Shown in pieces: positions 27,988-29,837 of a stretch of DNA of 29,837 bases (positions are counted from its first letter, which is position 1; the number at the start of each line of letters is the position of its first letter). Both the position numbers and the translations under genes were made by a program. Where the stretch lies: positions 1-29,837 of the forward strand of contig JBGSRK010000017.1 of NCBI GenBank assembly GCA_041737595.1, in the 5' to 3' direction. This DNA comes from Patescibacteria group bacterium (GTDB lineage: Bacteria; Patescibacteriota; CPR2; UBA1875). The notes beneath the pieces are model-generated. The model was given only the letters and a program-made list of their open reading frames with translations, made no database searches and was not told the DNA's origin.

Positions 27988-28488
27988 GTGGGAACGGTGA
28001 AAAGGGGTATTCGCACATTTCTGTATTTGGTTGTGGGTCTATGCATGGTCACAATTTTCGCACTTGTTGCTGGAGTATATTTTCAGCAACAGTCAATTGA
28101 GAAGCTGGAGGATCAGATCGTTTCTCTGGAATCGTTCGAAGGACGTATTGCGTCTCTCGAGGCGACAAGCACTTGGCCAATGAGATTCGAAACTGGTACA
28201 AGACTTCCTATGGAATACTCTAACTTGGAGTGTTTTCTCCAAGACATGTACGACAGAGTAGTTGAGAATGAAGATTTCGGGTATGCCTGTGAGAGAGACT
28301 TTCAGAACAACCCGCTTCTGAACTATATGTTCATGGAAGCACACTCGCAGATCGATGGGGAAAACGATCCTATGTGTTATTACTCATTTGATCAAATTCT
28401 TGACCAGCAAGCGAAGTCATGGGGACGAATGAGGTCAGATGATCTCTATCTAACCTACGATGTCATCTATGACAAAGTCCCAGACTAG
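27988..28488 (+). CDS. Hypothetical membrane-anchored protein
   Basis: N-terminal TM, short coiled coil, acidic/aromatic domain; higher GC; own TG-T-TAAAAT and a downstream hairpin. Start codon uncertain (GTG 27988 or 27997). Confidence 0.75.
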   Translation: MGTVKRGIRTFLYLVVGLCMVTIFALVAGVYFQQQSIEKLEDQIVSLESFEGRIASLEATSTWPMRFETGTRLPMEYSNLECFLQDMYDRVVENEDFGYACERDFQNNPLLNYMFMEAHSQIDGENDPMCYYSFDQILDQQAKSWGRMRSDDLYLTYDVIYDKVPD

Positions 28489-28510
28489 CCCTCAAGTACC
28501 CTTACAAAAC

Positions 28511-28528
28511 GGCCCGCTTTTGCGGGCC
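28511..28528. terminator. Hairpin between convergent ORFs
   Basis: GGCCCGC-TTTT-GCGGGCC. Confidence 0.6.
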
Positions 28529-28560
28529 TCTTGCAATTTTGTTTAATTTTATTAAAAAAT

Positions 28561-28794
28561 TTATAATTTAAGTGATGGGTTTATTTTTCTTATTTCAGAT
28601 TTTTCTTCTTCGGGCATTGCATTAAATGCATTTATGAACATTCTTTTTGAAATTCTTCCAGCTCCTATATCCCCAAAATCATTATCTGGGATTATTTTAA
28701 CTAAGTAAGGAGGTTTATTTAACTGAATAAGGTCGCCGATTTTAATATCGTCGGTACTTTCTCTTTCTGATGGTGATGGTGATTCAGGTCCCAT
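28561..28794 (-). CDS. Hypothetical protein (77 aa)
   Basis: ORF starts 2 nt after the upstream ORF's stop; no recognisable motif. Confidence 0.6.
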   Translation of the reverse strand: MGPESPSPSERESTDDIKIGDLIQLNKPPYLVKIIPDNDFGDIGAGRISKRMFINAFNAMPEEEKSEIRKINPSLKL

Positions 28795-28796
28795 GA

Positions 28797-29021
28797 TTAT
28801 TTTTTAAACCCTTCAATTTTTTTTCTTACTGCTTCCATTCTTACCGATAAGTCAGAATCTTTCTGGGTTAGGTTTGTCTCATTTTGAGATAATTTAAGAC
28901 GATGTGCGGCTGCAGATTCATTCGCAATACGAGCTCTTTCTCTTGCTTCAGCTGCCATTTGTCTTAATTCACCAGGGGTTTTCCCACTAAAATCGCTTCC
29001 TTTTTCAAACATTTCTTCCAT
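28797..29021 (-). CDS. Hypothetical coiled-coil protein (74 aa)
   Basis: AAGGA SD upstream; helical A/E/R-rich sequence. Confidence 0.65.
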   Translation of the reverse strand: MEEMFEKGSDFSGKTPGELRQMAAEARERARIANESAAAHRLKLSQNETNLTQKDSDLSVRMEAVRKKIEGFKK

Positions 29022-29070
29022 AAAATTCCTTTTCAGTTATTCGCTTAAATGTTATACTTTATGAAGTTAA

Positions 29071-29364
29071 ATGTCAAAGATATCAAAAGAAGAAGTAAAC
29101 CAAATTGCTGCACTTGCGCGGCTAAATCTAACGGATAGTGATATTGAAAAATATCAAAAAGAGCTTTCTGGAATTTTAGATTATATTGATCAAATTTCTA
29201 AAGTTGATACAAAAAACATTGAACCAGCTGCTCAGGTAACTGGTTTAACAGATGTCGTGCGAAAAGATATAAAAAACCCATCAGATTTAAATCGTGATGA
29301 AATTTTTGCAAACGTTCCAGATAAAAAAGACGGATATATTAAAGTAAAATCGGTGCTTGAATAA
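29071..29364 (+). CDS. gatC: Asp/Glu-tRNA amidotransferase subunit C
   Basis: ISKEEV..IA.LARL.L, IL.YI, VDT.NIEP, R.D, DGYIKV..VL. Confidence 0.95.
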   Translation: MSKISKEEVNQIAALARLNLTDSDIEKYQKELSGILDYIDQISKVDTKNIEPAAQVTGLTDVVRKDIKNPSDLNRDEIFANVPDKKDGYIKVKSVLE

Positions 29365-29837
29365 TGTCAGAATTATATAAAAAAGTTGAAAGATTTATTG
29401 AAGAATCTTTTGCTAATACAAAACATATTCATACTGTTATCCATTCTAAATTAGCAGTAGATGCATTAAAAGAATTAGAGCCACATGCAGACGAGGCTAT
29501 GTGTATTGCTGTTTTAGCACATGATATAGATAGGGCATTCATTGACAGAGCAGAAGGGTTGAATGGATCTGGTTATAAAGAACAACCATATTTAAAAAAT
29601 CATCAAGAAGGATCAGCAAAAATTATAAAAGATTTTCTTGAGAAAAATGGAGCAAATAAAAAACTAGTTGAAAGAGTTTGGCATTTAGTCTCAAAACATG
29701 AAGAAGGTGGAGACAAAGACCAAGATCTTATTAAAGATGCAGATAGTCTTAGTTTTTTCAGAGGGGCTAATACAAATAGTATATTAAATAAATATCCAAA
29801 GATGGATATAAGGGGTAAAATTGATTGGATGTTTAAT
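29364..29837 (+). CDS. HD-domain (DUF4202-like) protein, truncated by the window end
   Basis: Manual translation MSELYKKVERFIEESF...LAHDIDRAF...HQEGSA...KHEEGG...DADSLSFF; ATG overlaps the gatC stop (TAATG). Confidence 0.8.
   Translation, partial: MSELYKKVERFIEESFANTKHIHTVIHSKLAVDALKELEPHADEAMCIAVLAHDIDRAFIDRAEGLNGSGYKEQPYLKNHQEGSAKIIKDFLEKNGANKKLVERVWHLVSKHEEGGDKDQDLIKDADSLSFFRGANTNSILNKYPKMDIRGKIDWMFN

Overview
AT-rich bacterial chromosome segment (roughly 30-33% GC by eye). Gene content and order (short UvrC, secG next to an orphan family-5 solute-binding protein, many small hypothetical genes) suggest a Patescibacteria/CPR genome; this is an inference. The housekeeping backbone is ferredoxin, uvrB, uvrA, uvrC, yvcK/glmR-like, secG, an ABC solute-binding protein, a six-tRNA operon (Leu-GAG, Phe-GAA, Val-TAC, Gly-GCC, Cys-GCA, Leu-TAA), lemA, assorted hydrolases and transporters, typA, ligA and gatC. 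The most striking unexplained feature lies inside the tRNA operon. Three diverged ~97-100 nt structured elements share one architecture and show compensatory base changes: an 11-bp hairpin, a WARAGGA linker, then a long internal-loop hairpin ending CU-GAYG. Each abuts the 5' end of a tRNA (Leu-GAG, Val-TAC, Gly-GCC), making a candidate new ncRNA or tRNA-leader family. Directly downstream is a GC-rich two-gene unit encoding FabK and a FabX-like FMN/[4Fe-4S] enzyme, unexpected in a lineage generally reported to lack fatty-acid synthesis. Also seen: other GC-richer solitary genes with their own signals, degenerate REP-like palindromes, a perfect 38-bp palindrome, two small proteins missed by the ORF track, a stand-alone RNAP alpha-CTD, and a pattern of probably leaderless genes. 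No integrase, transposase, CRISPR array or rRNA was found.
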